Below are positions 8,883 through 18,529 of a stretch of DNA of 64,000 nt, in pieces. This stretch comes from an uncultured Desulfarculus sp. (GTDB lineage: Bacteria > Desulfobacterota > Desulfarculia > Desulfarculales > Desulfarculaceae). The stretch lies in contig CAXXUK010000001.1 of the NCBI GenBank assembly GCA_963665125.2, positions 512,001 to 576,000 on the forward strand, in the 5' to 3' direction. Each line of letters opens with the position of its first letter. Position 1 is the stretch's first letter. Under the pieces are notes generated by a model that was not told where the DNA came from, searched no databases, and saw only the letters and a list, made by a program, of their open reading frames with translations. The position numbers and the translations under genes were made by a program.

Positions 8883-10261
8883 CAGTCCACCTCCCAATTG
8901 CCGGGATTCATTATTCCGGACGGATCAAGCACGGAGCGGACCTTGTTCATCAGGGCGTAGGTCTCCGGGTGCATGTGCTCGATTATCTGCTTCTGGGCCG
9001 GAGCCTCGGCCTTCCAGGGCACGCCTCCCAGCTTCAGCACGGCCTCGTTGGTGTCTTCCAGGGCGTGTTGGGCATTGGCCACGTCCTGCTTGTCGGCCCG
9101 GTTGAAGGCATAGGCGTAGAAGAACATCATGCTGTGGGCCTGGCCGATGATGCGCGCGCCCAGGGAATAGGCCACGTCGTGTTTGCCGGCCTGCTCCAGG
9201 CCCAGTTCATAGGCCTTGGCGAAATTGCCCACGGGCATGATGGCCCCGACGTATTCGAAACCGCCGCCTTTTCTGACATCGGCGTATTTGGCCAGGGTGG
9301 CCGCCGGTTCGGCCATGAAGCTCTTTTTCATGTTGTAGGGCAGGGCCATGAAGCCGCCGGTCTTGGCCTCGATGTAGGGCTTGACTGAGCGGCTGAGAAG
9401 CTCTCGCTTGAAGGTCAGCTCTTCTTTGTCCTCGGCCGAATAGACCATGTTGAAATTGAGCAGACCATTGGCCCAGTCCGGTTTTGGTGTCATCCAGGCG
9501 GTGATGTCCTCGGCCACGCCCACATCGGCCAAGCGGTTGATGACATCGGTGCCGTATTCGGGATTGTCGGCAACAAATATTCGCACGTCCTGGAAGGCCC
9601 GTTTGGGGAACAGCTTTATTGCCAGCTTGGTGACCACGCCGGTGGTTCCTGCCCAGCCCAGGAACAGGCCGCTGAGGTCCGGCAGCGGGGCTCGGGCGAA
9701 CCAGTAATCAGAAGTGGAGCAGGAGCCCAGTCGCACCACCTCGCCGGTGGGCAACACCGCCTCCAAGCCGTTGAGTTGGTCGGTGTGGTACCCTGCCCAG
9801 GCCGACATGTGGCCCGAGCCGTGAATGAGCACGTTGCCGGCCACAGTGGCGATTGGCGGAGCATCGGGCATGGAATGCTTCAGGCCGGGGTGGTTTTTCG
9901 CCAGGTATGATTGCAGCATGCCCTGGGCGCAGCCCGCCTCAACAACGGCGTAGCGGCTGGTCTCGTTGACCTCCAGGATGCGATTCATGCGCTTGAGGTC
10001 CAGGACAATGCCGCCCTTCAGGGGCCTGGTCAGGCCCGAGAGCACCAGGCCGCCGCCCATGGGCACAATCGGCACGCACGCCTCGGTGGCCAGGCGCATT
10101 ATGCACTGGATTTCCTGGACCGTTTGGGGCATGGCCACCACATCGGGGTTGCGGGGCTCCATGGTGCCCTGGTCCCGGGAGTAGATAAAGCGTTCTTCCG
10201 CAGCATCGCTGACAAAGGCGTCGCCGACTATCTTATTCAATTCCTCGATGATTTTCTGCAT
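8882..10261 (-). CDS. FAD-binding oxidoreductase (GlcD/D-lactate dehydrogenase family)
   Basis: PDVVAMP, GGG, LDLKRMNRILE, GLEAVLPTGEV, GVVTK, LDPSGIMNPG. Confidence 0.88.
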   Translation of the reverse strand: MQKIIEELNKIVGDAFVSDAAEERFIYSRDQGTMEPRNPDVVAMPQTVQEIQCIMRLATEACVPIVPMGGGLVLSGLTRPLKGGIVLDLKRMNRILEVNETSRYAVVEAGCAQGMLQSYLAKNHPGLKHSMPDAPPIATVAGNVLIHGSGHMSAWAGYHTDQLNGLEAVLPTGEVVRLGSCSTSDYWFARAPLPDLSGLFLGWAGTTGVVTKLAIKLFPKRAFQDVRIFVADNPEYGTDVINRLADVGVAEDITAWMTPKPDWANGLLNFNMVYSAEDKEELTFKRELLSRSVKPYIEAKTGGFMALPYNMKKSFMAEPAATLAKYADVRKGGGFEYVGAIMPVGNFAKAYELGLEQAGKHDVAYSLGARIIGQAHSMMFFYAYAFNRADKQDVANAQHALEDTNEAVLKLGGVPWKAEAPAQKQIIEHMHPETYALMNKVRSVLDPSGIMNPGNWEVD

Positions 10262-10264
10262 TGC

Positions 10265-11302
10265 TCAGCCTCCCAGGATCGGTTTTTCGCCAAGGGCCAT
10301 CTGGCAAAGCTCGCTCATCATGATGGGCACCACGCCTGCCTCGAAGGTCTCGTAGCCCATGCCCATCAGACAGGCCGGGCAGTTGAATACGCAGTACTCA
10401 GCACCCACGGCCTTCATGTCGTCCAGGTTGCGCTGCAGGACGTCATCTGCCAGCTTGTCCCGTTGTTGCAGGCGGATTACGCTGCCGCAGCACAGGGCAT
10501 GGTCACGGTCGTACTGCCGCTCGGGCCGGTTTACGCCGATCAACTCGAAGATGTCGTCGACATAGTGGGCGATTTCCGGGCAGAAGCGGTTGGAGCAGGG
10601 ACGCTGGTAGGCCACCGTGATCCCCAGGGGCTTTATTTTATCTTTGAGCTGGGTGAGACGTTCAAAAAGGAACTGGAACAGGTGTTTGGACTTCCAGGGC
10701 ACCTCGATGCCGAATGCCGGGGCCAGATAGTTGTAGGTGCCGTAGCACTCGTCATGGTAGCAGACGATTTCCTCGATGCCGTTGGGCTCCAGGTGCTTGG
10801 TCCAGATGGTGTCGATGACCTTGGGCAGGCGCTCCCGAATAACCGAGTTGCCCGCGGTGTGCAGCCACATAACGTTGCAAAAGACATCGGAACCCACGAA
10901 ATAGCTAGTGTCGGCAAACAGGTCGCCTCTTAGCATGTCGCTGAGCATGGGGAAAAAGCACATGTTGATGACAGTGTCTTGCAATGGGCCGGGCGGGTCC
11001 TTTTCCTTGATGGCCATCATGCCCAACTGCTGGTTGACTATGGGAACCGGCACCAGCCCCTTGTCGAGCTGCTCCTGGCGCTCCACCAACAGATAAAAGG
11101 GATGGTTGTCATAGGGACAATATTCTTCGCAGGCGTAACATGTGATGCAATCATGCAGGACTTGGGCGTCCTGCCCCTCCAAGACGAGCCTTCTCTGCTC
11201 CCTGGCCTGCTCAAGGGTGTAGTCCGTGTAATCGCAACGCATCAGGCAATCCACGGTTTCACACTTGGCGCAGACCTCTGGATCATATTTCAGGTCGTAC
11301 AC
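10265..11302 (-). CDS. Fe-S/CCG-domain protein
   Basis: CITCYACEEYCP, YQRPCSNR, LCCG, FNCPAC; GTG start. Confidence 0.82.
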   Translation of the reverse strand: MYDLKYDPEVCAKCETVDCLMRCDYTDYTLEQAREQRRLVLEGQDAQVLHDCITCYACEEYCPYDNHPFYLLVERQEQLDKGLVPVPIVNQQLGMMAIKEKDPPGPLQDTVINMCFFPMLSDMLRGDLFADTSYFVGSDVFCNVMWLHTAGNSVIRERLPKVIDTIWTKHLEPNGIEEIVCYHDECYGTYNYLAPAFGIEVPWKSKHLFQFLFERLTQLKDKIKPLGITVAYQRPCSNRFCPEIAHYVDDIFELIGVNRPERQYDRDHALCCGSVIRLQQRDKLADDVLQRNLDDMKAVGAEYCVFNCPACLMGMGYETFEAGVVPIMMSELCQMALGEKPILGG

Positions 11303-11329
11303 GTTTTCCCTCCCATAAAAAAATTCGAA

Positions 11330-11355
11330 TGTTCGTTATATAATCATAACGAACA
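11330..11355. promoter_or_regulatory. Palindromic operator upstream of the oxidoreductase operon
   Basis: TGTTCGTTAT-N6-ATAACGAACA, perfect 10-bp inverted repeat. Confidence 0.65.
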
Positions 11356-11413
11356 CAATTTAGTCAAACACAAAATATCTATATTATGTAGTAATTAATA
11401 AAGGAGTTGGAAG

Positions 11414-11448
11414 TTTTTCCGGCCCCCTGGTAATGAGGGCCGGAAAAA
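11414..11448. terminator. Terminator-like hairpin
   Basis: TTTTTCCGGCCC...GGGCCGGAAAAA. Confidence 0.65.
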
Positions 11449-11453
11449 TCGGC

Positions 11454-11969
11454 TCAGACAGTGCACTGGCCGGGGCACTGGATGAAGCTGTATGTGTGAT
11501 AAACCCTCGCCGCCGCGAGCGTTTCCTTTTCGCTGGGCCGTTTGCGAGGTGTCTCGGCCACTCGGCGGGCCAACTCGTTTGGAGTTGGCAGGGCCTCCAG
11601 ACCCGTGGCGATCACCCGGCCTGTGGCCACGTCCAATAGCTCGGCGTCGTCGCCGTTGCACACCGCGGCAAAGGGAATCCATTCGTCTTCAAGCAGCCGG
11701 GCCGCGGCGACGGCCTCCCGCTCCCTGCTCACCAGCGAGCCCCTGGCGCAACGCAGGACAAGGGCCGGAGCGTCGTTGGCCATGACCAGCAGGTCGGCCT
11801 TGACGCACATGTCGTCTTCGCGGTGCTTCACCGTGCGGCAATGGTCGACCCTCACATCTTCGGGCCCGTACCCCAGCCGCAGCAAATAGGCCTCCACCTT
11901 TTGGCGGACATATTCGTCATCGTGGTCCGGCAGGGGGCCGCCGGTAATAAGATCGCATTGTTGGTCCAT
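11454..11969 (-). CDS. Stand-alone HsdR N-terminal-like domain protein
   Basis: EYVRQKVE..L...GY, ADLLV, AVAAARL, AAVCNG pattern recalls HSDR_N-type domains; no hsdM/hsdS nearby. Confidence 0.6.
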   Translation of the reverse strand: MDQQCDLITGGPLPDHDDEYVRQKVEAYLLRLGYGPEDVRVDHCRTVKHREDDMCVKADLLVMANDAPALVLRCARGSLVSREREAVAAARLLEDEWIPFAAVCNGDDAELLDVATGRVIATGLEALPTPNELARRVAETPRKRPSEKETLAAARVYHTYSFIQCPGQCTV

Positions 11970-12022
11970 GACGTTCGCTCCCCTTTGTTTTTTTCGGCGT
12001 GGTTTATGTTAATAATACTCTT

Positions 12023-12745
12023 ATGAAGTTTGCAATCATCGCCGACATCCACGCCAATCTTGAGGCGTTCGAGGCCGTATGGGCCGACATCCGCAATAGC
12101 GGCGTTGGGGAGGTTTTCTGCGTCGGCGACCTGGTGGGCTACGGCCCGGACCCCCAGGCGGTTATCGAACTGGTAATGAGCCGGGGCATCCAATGCACCC
12201 TGGGCAATCACGACCTGGCAATTATCGAGCCGGCCACGCTCGGCTGGTTCAATTCTCATGCCAGGGCGGCCATTGAGCAGACCTCCCATCTTATCGGCTT
12301 CGAGGCAAGGGCCTTCCTTGCCTCGCTTCCATACTACTTAGTTAAGCACGGTTGCCGCTTTGTGCACGGTTTTCCACCCGATAGCGTGAAAACATACATG
12401 TTCGAGGTCCGTGACGCCAAGCTGCGCAAGACGCTGGAAAACATGGATGAACAGGTCTGTTTTGTAGGTCATTCCCACGAACTTGAATCCATCGGCCTGC
12501 ACGAAGGGAAGTTGACGCGACAAAGACTTCTAAAGGGGCCGAACAGGCTTGACCAGGGACGCCATATCGTCAACGTGGGCAGCGTTGGCCAGCCCAGGGA
12601 CGGTGACCGCAGCGCCAAATACTGCATATACGATACTGATGCCGGGGTGCTGGAGGTGCGCTTCGTGGCCTATGACGCCCTGGCCACCGTGGCCAAGATG
12701 CGTGCCCTGGGTCTGCCAGAGGCCAACGCCCTGCGCCTGCTATGA
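12023..12745 (+). CDS. Metallophosphoesterase
   Basis: DIHAN, GDLVGYG, GNHD, HG, GHSH, GSVGQPRD. Confidence 0.9.
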   Translation: MKFAIIADIHANLEAFEAVWADIRNSGVGEVFCVGDLVGYGPDPQAVIELVMSRGIQCTLGNHDLAIIEPATLGWFNSHARAAIEQTSHLIGFEARAFLASLPYYLVKHGCRFVHGFPPDSVKTYMFEVRDAKLRKTLENMDEQVCFVGHSHELESIGLHEGKLTRQRLLKGPNRLDQGRHIVNVGSVGQPRDGDRSAKYCIYDTDAGVLEVRFVAYDALATVAKMRALGLPEANALRLL

Positions 12746-14088
12746 AGCTCATCGGCGATTACCAGGTATCGGGTCTGCTGGGCCGGGGCGGCATGGGCTC
12801 GGTCTACAAGGTCCGCCACGTTTCCGGAGGCCCAACCAGGGCCCTCAAACTGCTCAAACCCAATAACTTGCTGGTTAGCCTAATGGGCTCCAGCGAGGTG
12901 CGCCGCCGTTTCGTGGCCGAGGCCAGGGCCATGTCCTCCGTGAGTCATCCCAACCTGGTCAAGGTCCTGCACGCCGCACTCGATCAAGACCAGCCGTATT
13001 ATGTCATGGAGCACTATTGCAACAATCTTGGGCAGTTGATCGGCGAGGGTTATGACCTCGATGCGCCCAGCCGGGCCGTGGAGCCCCACCGGGCCCTTGA
13101 TTTCATGGGCCAAGCCCTGGTCGGCCTCGACGTCCTGCACCAGACCGGCATCGTCCACCGCGACTTCAAGCCGTTCAACGTGATGCTGGGCGAATTGGAC
13201 GAGGTCAAGCTCAGCGATCTGGGGCTGTCGCGCCTGCGGGGAGAGGTGCGGCCAGGCCCGACCAACCTGCGCATCGGTTCGCCGCACTACGCCGCGCCCG
13301 AGCAGGAGGCCGATGCCGACAGCGCCGGACCGGCGGCTGACCTGTTCAGCGTGGCGGTGAGCCTGTTCCGCCTGGTTACGGGCCAGTTGCCCGGCGGGAG
13401 CGCGGCAACGGAGTTGAATCCCAACCTGGATAAACCCTGGGACTTGTTTTTTCGTAAAACCCTGGACCCGAACCCGGTCAGGCGCCACCGGGATGCAGCG
13501 GAAATGGGCCGGGCTGTCGATGAACTGGCCGAGGCCTGGCGGGCGCGGCTAAGTGATCAATGTGCCGCGCCCTTGCAGTGGCGAACCAGTTCATCTCCCC
13601 ATCAGGCAGGCCAAAGGCTGCGCGACGAGCCGCGTAAAATTTCCCTGAAAGAGGCCCGCGAGGTCCTGGACCTGGATGAGCTTTGGCGGCCCAGGGCGGC
13701 CGTCGAAGAGTTCGAGCAAACGCTTGAAGACATGGTGGCCGGGCGAAACCACGGCCTGCTCTGGCAGCGGGCCGGCTCGGGAAGCGTGATGACCTGGGCC
13801 CAGGCCCACGAGTATGTGGCCCGGCTCAACAGGCAGCGTTGGATGGGCCACGGCGATTGGCGGCTGCCCACGGCCCCGGAGGCAGCCGTGTTGTTGCTGG
13901 CGCCGGGCGGCCCATTTGATCTGTGCACGGACCGGCTTTTTGATCCCGCCCAGATGCGCATCTGGACCTGCGACCGCTGCGCCCACACCTCGGCCTGGCT
14001 GGCGTGTTTTGACGGCGGATATATGGGCCGCCAGGATCTGGACTGCCACAACTTCGTACGGGCCGTGCGCTCCATGGGTAATCCATAA
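12742..14088 (+). CDS. Ser/Thr protein kinase with a C-terminal DUF1566/Lcl-like domain
   Basis: GRGGMG, ALK, HRDFKPFN, DLG, APE; C-terminal GLLWQ..., WAQA..Y...LN, DWRLPT, VRAVR. Confidence 0.85.
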   Translation: MKLIGDYQVSGLLGRGGMGSVYKVRHVSGGPTRALKLLKPNNLLVSLMGSSEVRRRFVAEARAMSSVSHPNLVKVLHAALDQDQPYYVMEHYCNNLGQLIGEGYDLDAPSRAVEPHRALDFMGQALVGLDVLHQTGIVHRDFKPFNVMLGELDEVKLSDLGLSRLRGEVRPGPTNLRIGSPHYAAPEQEADADSAGPAADLFSVAVSLFRLVTGQLPGGSAATELNPNLDKPWDLFFRKTLDPNPVRRHRDAAEMGRAVDELAEAWRARLSDQCAAPLQWRTSSSPHQAGQRLRDEPRKISLKEAREVLDLDELWRPRAAVEEFEQTLEDMVAGRNHGLLWQRAGSGSVMTWAQAHEYVARLNRQRWMGHGDWRLPTAPEAAVLLLAPGGPFDLCTDRLFDPAQMRIWTCDRCAHTSAWLACFDGGYMGRQDLDCHNFVRAVRSMGNP

Positions 14089-14153
14089 AAAAGCGGCCCC
14101 GGCCCAAATCCGGACCGGGGCTTGGTTTGCCTATGATCGGCTACGCGACGTCG

Positions 14154-14603
14154 TTAACCCGCTTTGACTTCAATCTCCTTGGGCTTGGCCTCGGGGCCCC
14201 GCGGCAAGGTGATCTTCAGTACGCCGTCCTTTTGAGTGGCGCTGAGCTTTTCACAGTCAATATCCTCGGGCAGGCGGAAGCTGCGGTAGAAACGGCCGTA
14301 ACTGCGTTCCACCAGATGGTATTTTTCCTGCTTTTCCTCGCGCTCGCTCTTCTTTTCTCCCTGGATGGTCAACACGCCGTCCTGGAGGGTGACCTCTATT
14401 TCCTCGGGCTTCAGACCGGGCACATCGGCCAACACCTCAAAGCCTTCCTCGGTTTCCTTGATGTCAAACTTGGGATCAAAGTCAACCTCGGCTTTCAGTT
14501 CGGGCAGGGCAAAACCGCCGAAGAATCGTTCAAAGATATCCTCTGTATCGCGGCGCAGCCTGCCCAAAGTTCTTTCTCTTTTAAATGGCATCAGTGCGTA
14601 CAT
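14154..14603 (-). CDS. Hsp20/alpha-crystallin small heat shock protein
   Basis: DIKET, DVPG, LTIQGEK, ERSYGRFYRSFRLP, DGVLKITLP. Confidence 0.93.
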   Translation of the reverse strand: MYALMPFKRERTLGRLRRDTEDIFERFFGGFALPELKAEVDFDPKFDIKETEEGFEVLADVPGLKPEEIEVTLQDGVLTIQGEKKSEREEKQEKYHLVERSYGRFYRSFRLPEDIDCEKLSATQKDGVLKITLPRGPEAKPKEIEVKAG

Positions 14604-14735
14604 GGCAGACTCCTTTCTTTAATTTGGATTCAATCCATTGTGGGTATAAATTAAGAACCGGCATGGCTCTGTGCAAGGTCCGCGATATTGGTTTGTTACT
14701 GAATTGCAAAAATAGATGACCAGAATGCGACATGT

Positions 14736-15344
14736 TTGATGGAAAAAAAGGAAACAGCCTTGAAGCGAATCCGCGACGCCTGGCTCGACTGGCGCTGGGG
14801 CGGCAGGCTGCTGGGCCAGGACTCGCCCACCCGGTTTGCCAACAAGGGCGCGTACAACACCGAGGATACATCTTACGATGTGCTGAAATGTCTGTTCAAG
14901 ATGGTGGCCCCCCGGCCGGATGACGTGATTGTCGATGTGGGCTGCGGCCGGGGCAGGGTAATCAACTATCTGCTCAGCCGGGGCCTGAAAAACGAAATAT
15001 ACGGCTTGGAGCTGGATCCGGACGTGGCCTCGGATACGGCCGAAAGGTTGGCGCGGTACGGCAATGTCAGCATCGTCGGCGGCGACGCCATCGAGAATCT
15101 GCCCCAGCGGGGCACGCTCTTTTATTTATATAATCCCTTTGCCGAATTCGTGGTGCGGCGCCTGAACGCAAAGTTGCTGCGCCTGCCCACGGCGGACAGG
15201 GTCCGGGTTATTTATTACAACTGCCTGCATGTTGATCCGTTTTTGGGCGATCCGGCATGGCAGGTGAAAATGCATCATGTTCCGGGTCGCCGCCAAGCGG
15301 CGCTTATCAGCCCGGCAGCGTACGAACAATTCAACAGGGGATAA
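14736..15344 (+). CDS. SAM-dependent methyltransferase
   Basis: VDVGCGRGR motif I; GDA; FYLYNPF. Confidence 0.8.
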   Translation: MMEKKETALKRIRDAWLDWRWGGRLLGQDSPTRFANKGAYNTEDTSYDVLKCLFKMVAPRPDDVIVDVGCGRGRVINYLLSRGLKNEIYGLELDPDVASDTAERLARYGNVSIVGGDAIENLPQRGTLFYLYNPFAEFVVRRLNAKLLRLPTADRVRVIYYNCLHVDPFLGDPAWQVKMHHVPGRRQAALISPAAYEQFNRG

Positions 15345-15350
15345 TTTCGA

Positions 15351-15851
15351 ATGCTTGAAGGAACCTTGACGACGCTAAGGCCGGTCGATGACGGCGATGG
15401 CCCCGATGTTCTGGCCATTATGAACCATTACATCATTAATTCCTTTGCGGCTTATCCAGAAAAAGAACATCCATTGGAAATGTTTGGCATGTTGAAACAG
15501 ATGGTGCTGCCCGGCAGCTTCTGGGTTGTCGAGGCCGACGGAGGTTTAGCCGGATTTGCCTTTTTGTCGTCTTTCTTGCGCGCTCCCACTTTGGTTCGTA
15601 CGGCCCAGGTCACCTATTTCATCGCGCCGGAACACACCGGCAAAGGCCTGGGCGTGCTTTTGTTGGATAAGCTGACCGAAGTCTCCCGGCACATGGGCGT
15701 GGACAACCTTTTGGCCCACATATCCTCACTCAATGACGGAAGCATCCGCTTTCATCAGAGAAACGGTTTTGAAACCTGCGGCGAATTTAAAAACGTGGGC
15801 CGGAAAAACGGCAAGGACTTCAGCGTGGTTTACATGCAGAAGTTCATCTAG
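15351..15851 (+). CDS. GNAT N-acetyltransferase (Pat/YncA-like)
   Basis: GKGLG, N..SIRFH...GF, VGRKNG. Confidence 0.85.
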   Translation: MLEGTLTTLRPVDDGDGPDVLAIMNHYIINSFAAYPEKEHPLEMFGMLKQMVLPGSFWVVEADGGLAGFAFLSSFLRAPTLVRTAQVTYFIAPEHTGKGLGVLLLDKLTEVSRHMGVDNLLAHISSLNDGSIRFHQRNGFETCGEFKNVGRKNGKDFSVVYMQKFI

Positions 15852-15926
15852 CGGGTTTTCCGCAAGCCCGCCGGAGTTGCCGGCGCACCGGGCTTGTGGG
15901 ACAGGCCCGGCGCTAATTAGCTTTGC

Positions 15927-16322
15927 CTAGTCGGTCAAGCCCACGGCCAGGGGAATGACGTGCAGGTTGCGGCTGAGTTCCTGTGTGCGGCCCAGACGCC
16001 ATTGGTTGGCGGTGGCGTGCTCGGCCAACAACTCATCGATTTTTTTGACAATGCCCTGGATATTGATTACCGGATGCCGGGAAAAAACATCGGGTAGTCC
16101 ATAGGTCAGATTGCAGGCCAGGCATTTGCCCGGCCGCTCGTGCAGACGGAATTCAAAAAACAGGTTGCCGTCGCGGAATCCGGCGTAATTCAGGGTCACG
16201 TCCCAGGCGCCTTCCGATGCATCGCCGTAGAGGGCGTCGAAAAAACGGTCGGCAACGCCCAAAGGCAGCAGGTCATTCAATACTTCCTGGGTGAATATTT
16301 CGTCAAACTTGATCTCGGGCAT
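15927..16322 (-). CDS. Conserved hypothetical protein with a CxxC motif
   Basis: FFDALYGDASEGAWD, RPGKCLACNLTYGLP; normal codon usage; RBS AGGAG. Confidence 0.7.
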   Translation of the reverse strand: MPEIKFDEIFTQEVLNDLLPLGVADRFFDALYGDASEGAWDVTLNYAGFRDGNLFFEFRLHERPGKCLACNLTYGLPDVFSRHPVINIQGIVKKIDELLAEHATANQWRLGRTQELSRNLHVIPLAVGLTD

Positions 16323-16451
16323 TTACGCCACTCCTGGTGCTTTGTTTGTCGAAAATTGGCAAGCTCCACCGTCGGTATAATGCCAAATTAAAAAAATACC
16401 ATAACAAAAAGATCATCACAGTCAAGTGATTGTGATCGGGGTTTTGCCCCC

Positions 16452-17876
16452 TCAGACGCCCATGACCTTGATCATATTGGTAGTCCCCGGCCTCTGCAAA
16501 GGAACCCCGGCGGTGATGATCAGTCGCTCGCCCTGCTGGGCCAACCCTTGCTCCAGGCACCATTCACAGGCCGCCTCGAACATCTGGTCCATGGTGTCGA
16601 AGGTGTCCTTCAGGGCCGGAATGACCCCCCAGCTCATGGTCAGCTGGTTGTAGACCAACCTTGAGGGGGTCAGGCCCACGATGGGCTTGTCCGGGCGATA
16701 ACGCGATATCAACCGGGCCGTGCTGCCGCCGGCGGTGGAGGCGACGATGGCCGCCGGGTCCAGATCGCGGGACAGATAGACCACAGCCCGGCTGAGGGCC
16801 GCCTCGGTGGGCGGCAGCAGTTCGGACAGTTCCTGGCGCAGGTAGGCGCTGGAATTGTTTTCCTGCTCGGCCCTGCGGCAGATGCGGTCCATGACCCGGA
16901 CCGACTCCAGGGGGTAGGTTCCGGCCGCTGTTTCGTCCGAGAGCATCACCGCGTCGGTGCCGTCAAAAACCGCATTGGCCACGTCGGTGGCCTCGGCCCT
17001 GGTGGGTCTTGGGCTGTCGCACATGGAACGCAGCATCTGGGTGGCGGTGATGACGATTTTGCCGCCCCGGCGGGCCATGTCGATGATCTTCTTTTGGGCG
17101 ATGGGAACGTCTTCGAAGGGCATCTCCACGCCGAGGTCGCCCCTGGCCACCATCAGACCGTCTACACTGGCCAATATCTGCGGCAGGCGCTCCAGGGCCT
17201 GGGGCTTTTCGATTTTGGCTATGAGCAGCGGTTTGTGTTTGGAGGCCTCTATCATTTCCCGCACCGGAGCCAGATCACGTTCGTGGCGCACAAACGAGAC
17301 AGCCACGAAATCCACGCCTTCGGCCAGGCCCATCTCCAGGTGAGTCGCGTCTTTTTCGGTAAACGACGGGATGCGCAGCACGCTGGTGGGCAGGTTGACG
17401 CCCTTGCGCGAGGAGACCTTGCCGCCGCTGACCACCGTGCACTTGAGTCCTTTTTTATCCTTGCCGGTAACCATCAACTCCACCAGGCCATCGGCCAACA
17501 GAATTCGGCCGCCCACTTCCACATCTTCAATAAGGTGAGGGTAATTCACCGGCAGGGCATCGGAATCGTCGGCCTCCTCCGCCTTCAGGGTGATGGTTTG
17601 GCCGGTCTTGAGCCGCCGCTCCGAGGGCATGTCCCCCAGGCGGATTTTAGGGCCGGGTAGGTCCATGAGCACGCCCACGGGCCGGCCGGACTCCTCGGCG
17701 CACTTGCGCACCTGCTTGATCACCGCCCGGTGGCTGTCATGGTCGCCGTGGGAGAAATTCAACCGGACCACGTCCAAACCGATGTCCACCAGGCTGGCGA
17801 TCATTTTCGGTTCCGAGGTCGCCGGGCCGATGGTGGCGACGATCTTGGTCTTTCGTCTGATTAGCTCTTGTTCCAT
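16452..17876 (-). CDS. pyk: Pyruvate kinase
   Basis: KTKIVATIGPA, RLNFSHG, IAKIE, MVARGDLGVE, ATQML, AVMLS. Confidence 0.96.
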   Translation of the reverse strand: MEQELIRRKTKIVATIGPATSEPKMIASLVDIGLDVVRLNFSHGDHDSHRAVIKQVRKCAEESGRPVGVLMDLPGPKIRLGDMPSERRLKTGQTITLKAEEADDSDALPVNYPHLIEDVEVGGRILLADGLVELMVTGKDKKGLKCTVVSGGKVSSRKGVNLPTSVLRIPSFTEKDATHLEMGLAEGVDFVAVSFVRHERDLAPVREMIEASKHKPLLIAKIEKPQALERLPQILASVDGLMVARGDLGVEMPFEDVPIAQKKIIDMARRGGKIVITATQMLRSMCDSPRPTRAEATDVANAVFDGTDAVMLSDETAAGTYPLESVRVMDRICRRAEQENNSSAYLRQELSELLPPTEAALSRAVVYLSRDLDPAAIVASTAGGSTARLISRYRPDKPIVGLTPSRLVYNQLTMSWGVIPALKDTFDTMDQMFEAACEWCLEQGLAQQGERLIITAGVPLQRPGTTNMIKVMGV

Positions 17877-18016
17877 GGCGGCGTCCTTTCCCGTGGTTTT
17901 ACGGCCCTTGCTGCTTATGGCTGGCCTGCATCATAAATATCATCATACAATAATAATCGTGGCAAAGATCAAATGCTTGCCAACAGTCACTCAATGGTCG
18001 CAGATGAGGGGAAAAG

Positions 18017-18514
18017 ATGAACGGCAAGACCGTCAATGAAACGCAATTAACGCTGGCCCAGCAGATGCTGCCCTCGGACGCCAACCCGGCGGGCAACGTC
18101 CACGGCGGCGTGATCATGAAATTGATCGACACGGCCGCGGGTATCGTGTGCGTCCGTCATTCCGGTTCCAACGTGGTCACGGCCTCCATTGACCGCTTGG
18201 ATTTCATGCGCCCGGCCTATTTGGGTGAAATCCTGATAATCAAGGCCGCGCTGAATATGGTCGGCAAGACTTCCATGGAGGCGGGCTGCCGAGTGGAGGC
18301 CGAGAATCCGCACACCGGCGAGGTGCGACACGCCGCTTCGGCCTATTTGACCTTTGTGGCCCTGGATGATGACAAAAGGCCCCGGGCAGTGCCGCCGCTG
18401 ATTCTGGAAGGCCCGGAACAGCAGAGGCGCAACCGCCAGGCCATGGACAGGCGTCAGGTGCGGCTGGCCGAACGCCAGCGCGAGGCCCAGCTTGACAGGG
18501 AAATGAGAGGGTGA
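18017..18514 (+). CDS. Acyl-CoA thioesterase (YciA-type hotdog)
   Basis: DANPAGNVHGG, VVTASID, GKTSME, YLTFVALD. Confidence 0.9.
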   Translation: MNGKTVNETQLTLAQQMLPSDANPAGNVHGGVIMKLIDTAAGIVCVRHSGSNVVTASIDRLDFMRPAYLGEILIIKAALNMVGKTSMEAGCRVEAENPHTGEVRHAASAYLTFVALDDDKRPRAVPPLILEGPEQQRRNRQAMDRRQVRLAERQREAQLDREMRG

Positions 18515-18529
18515 AAGGTTATTAGGCCG

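Noticed and set aside
11454..11969. Type I restriction-modification system
   Set aside because: Only a short HsdR-N-like domain; no helicase, hsdM or hsdS.
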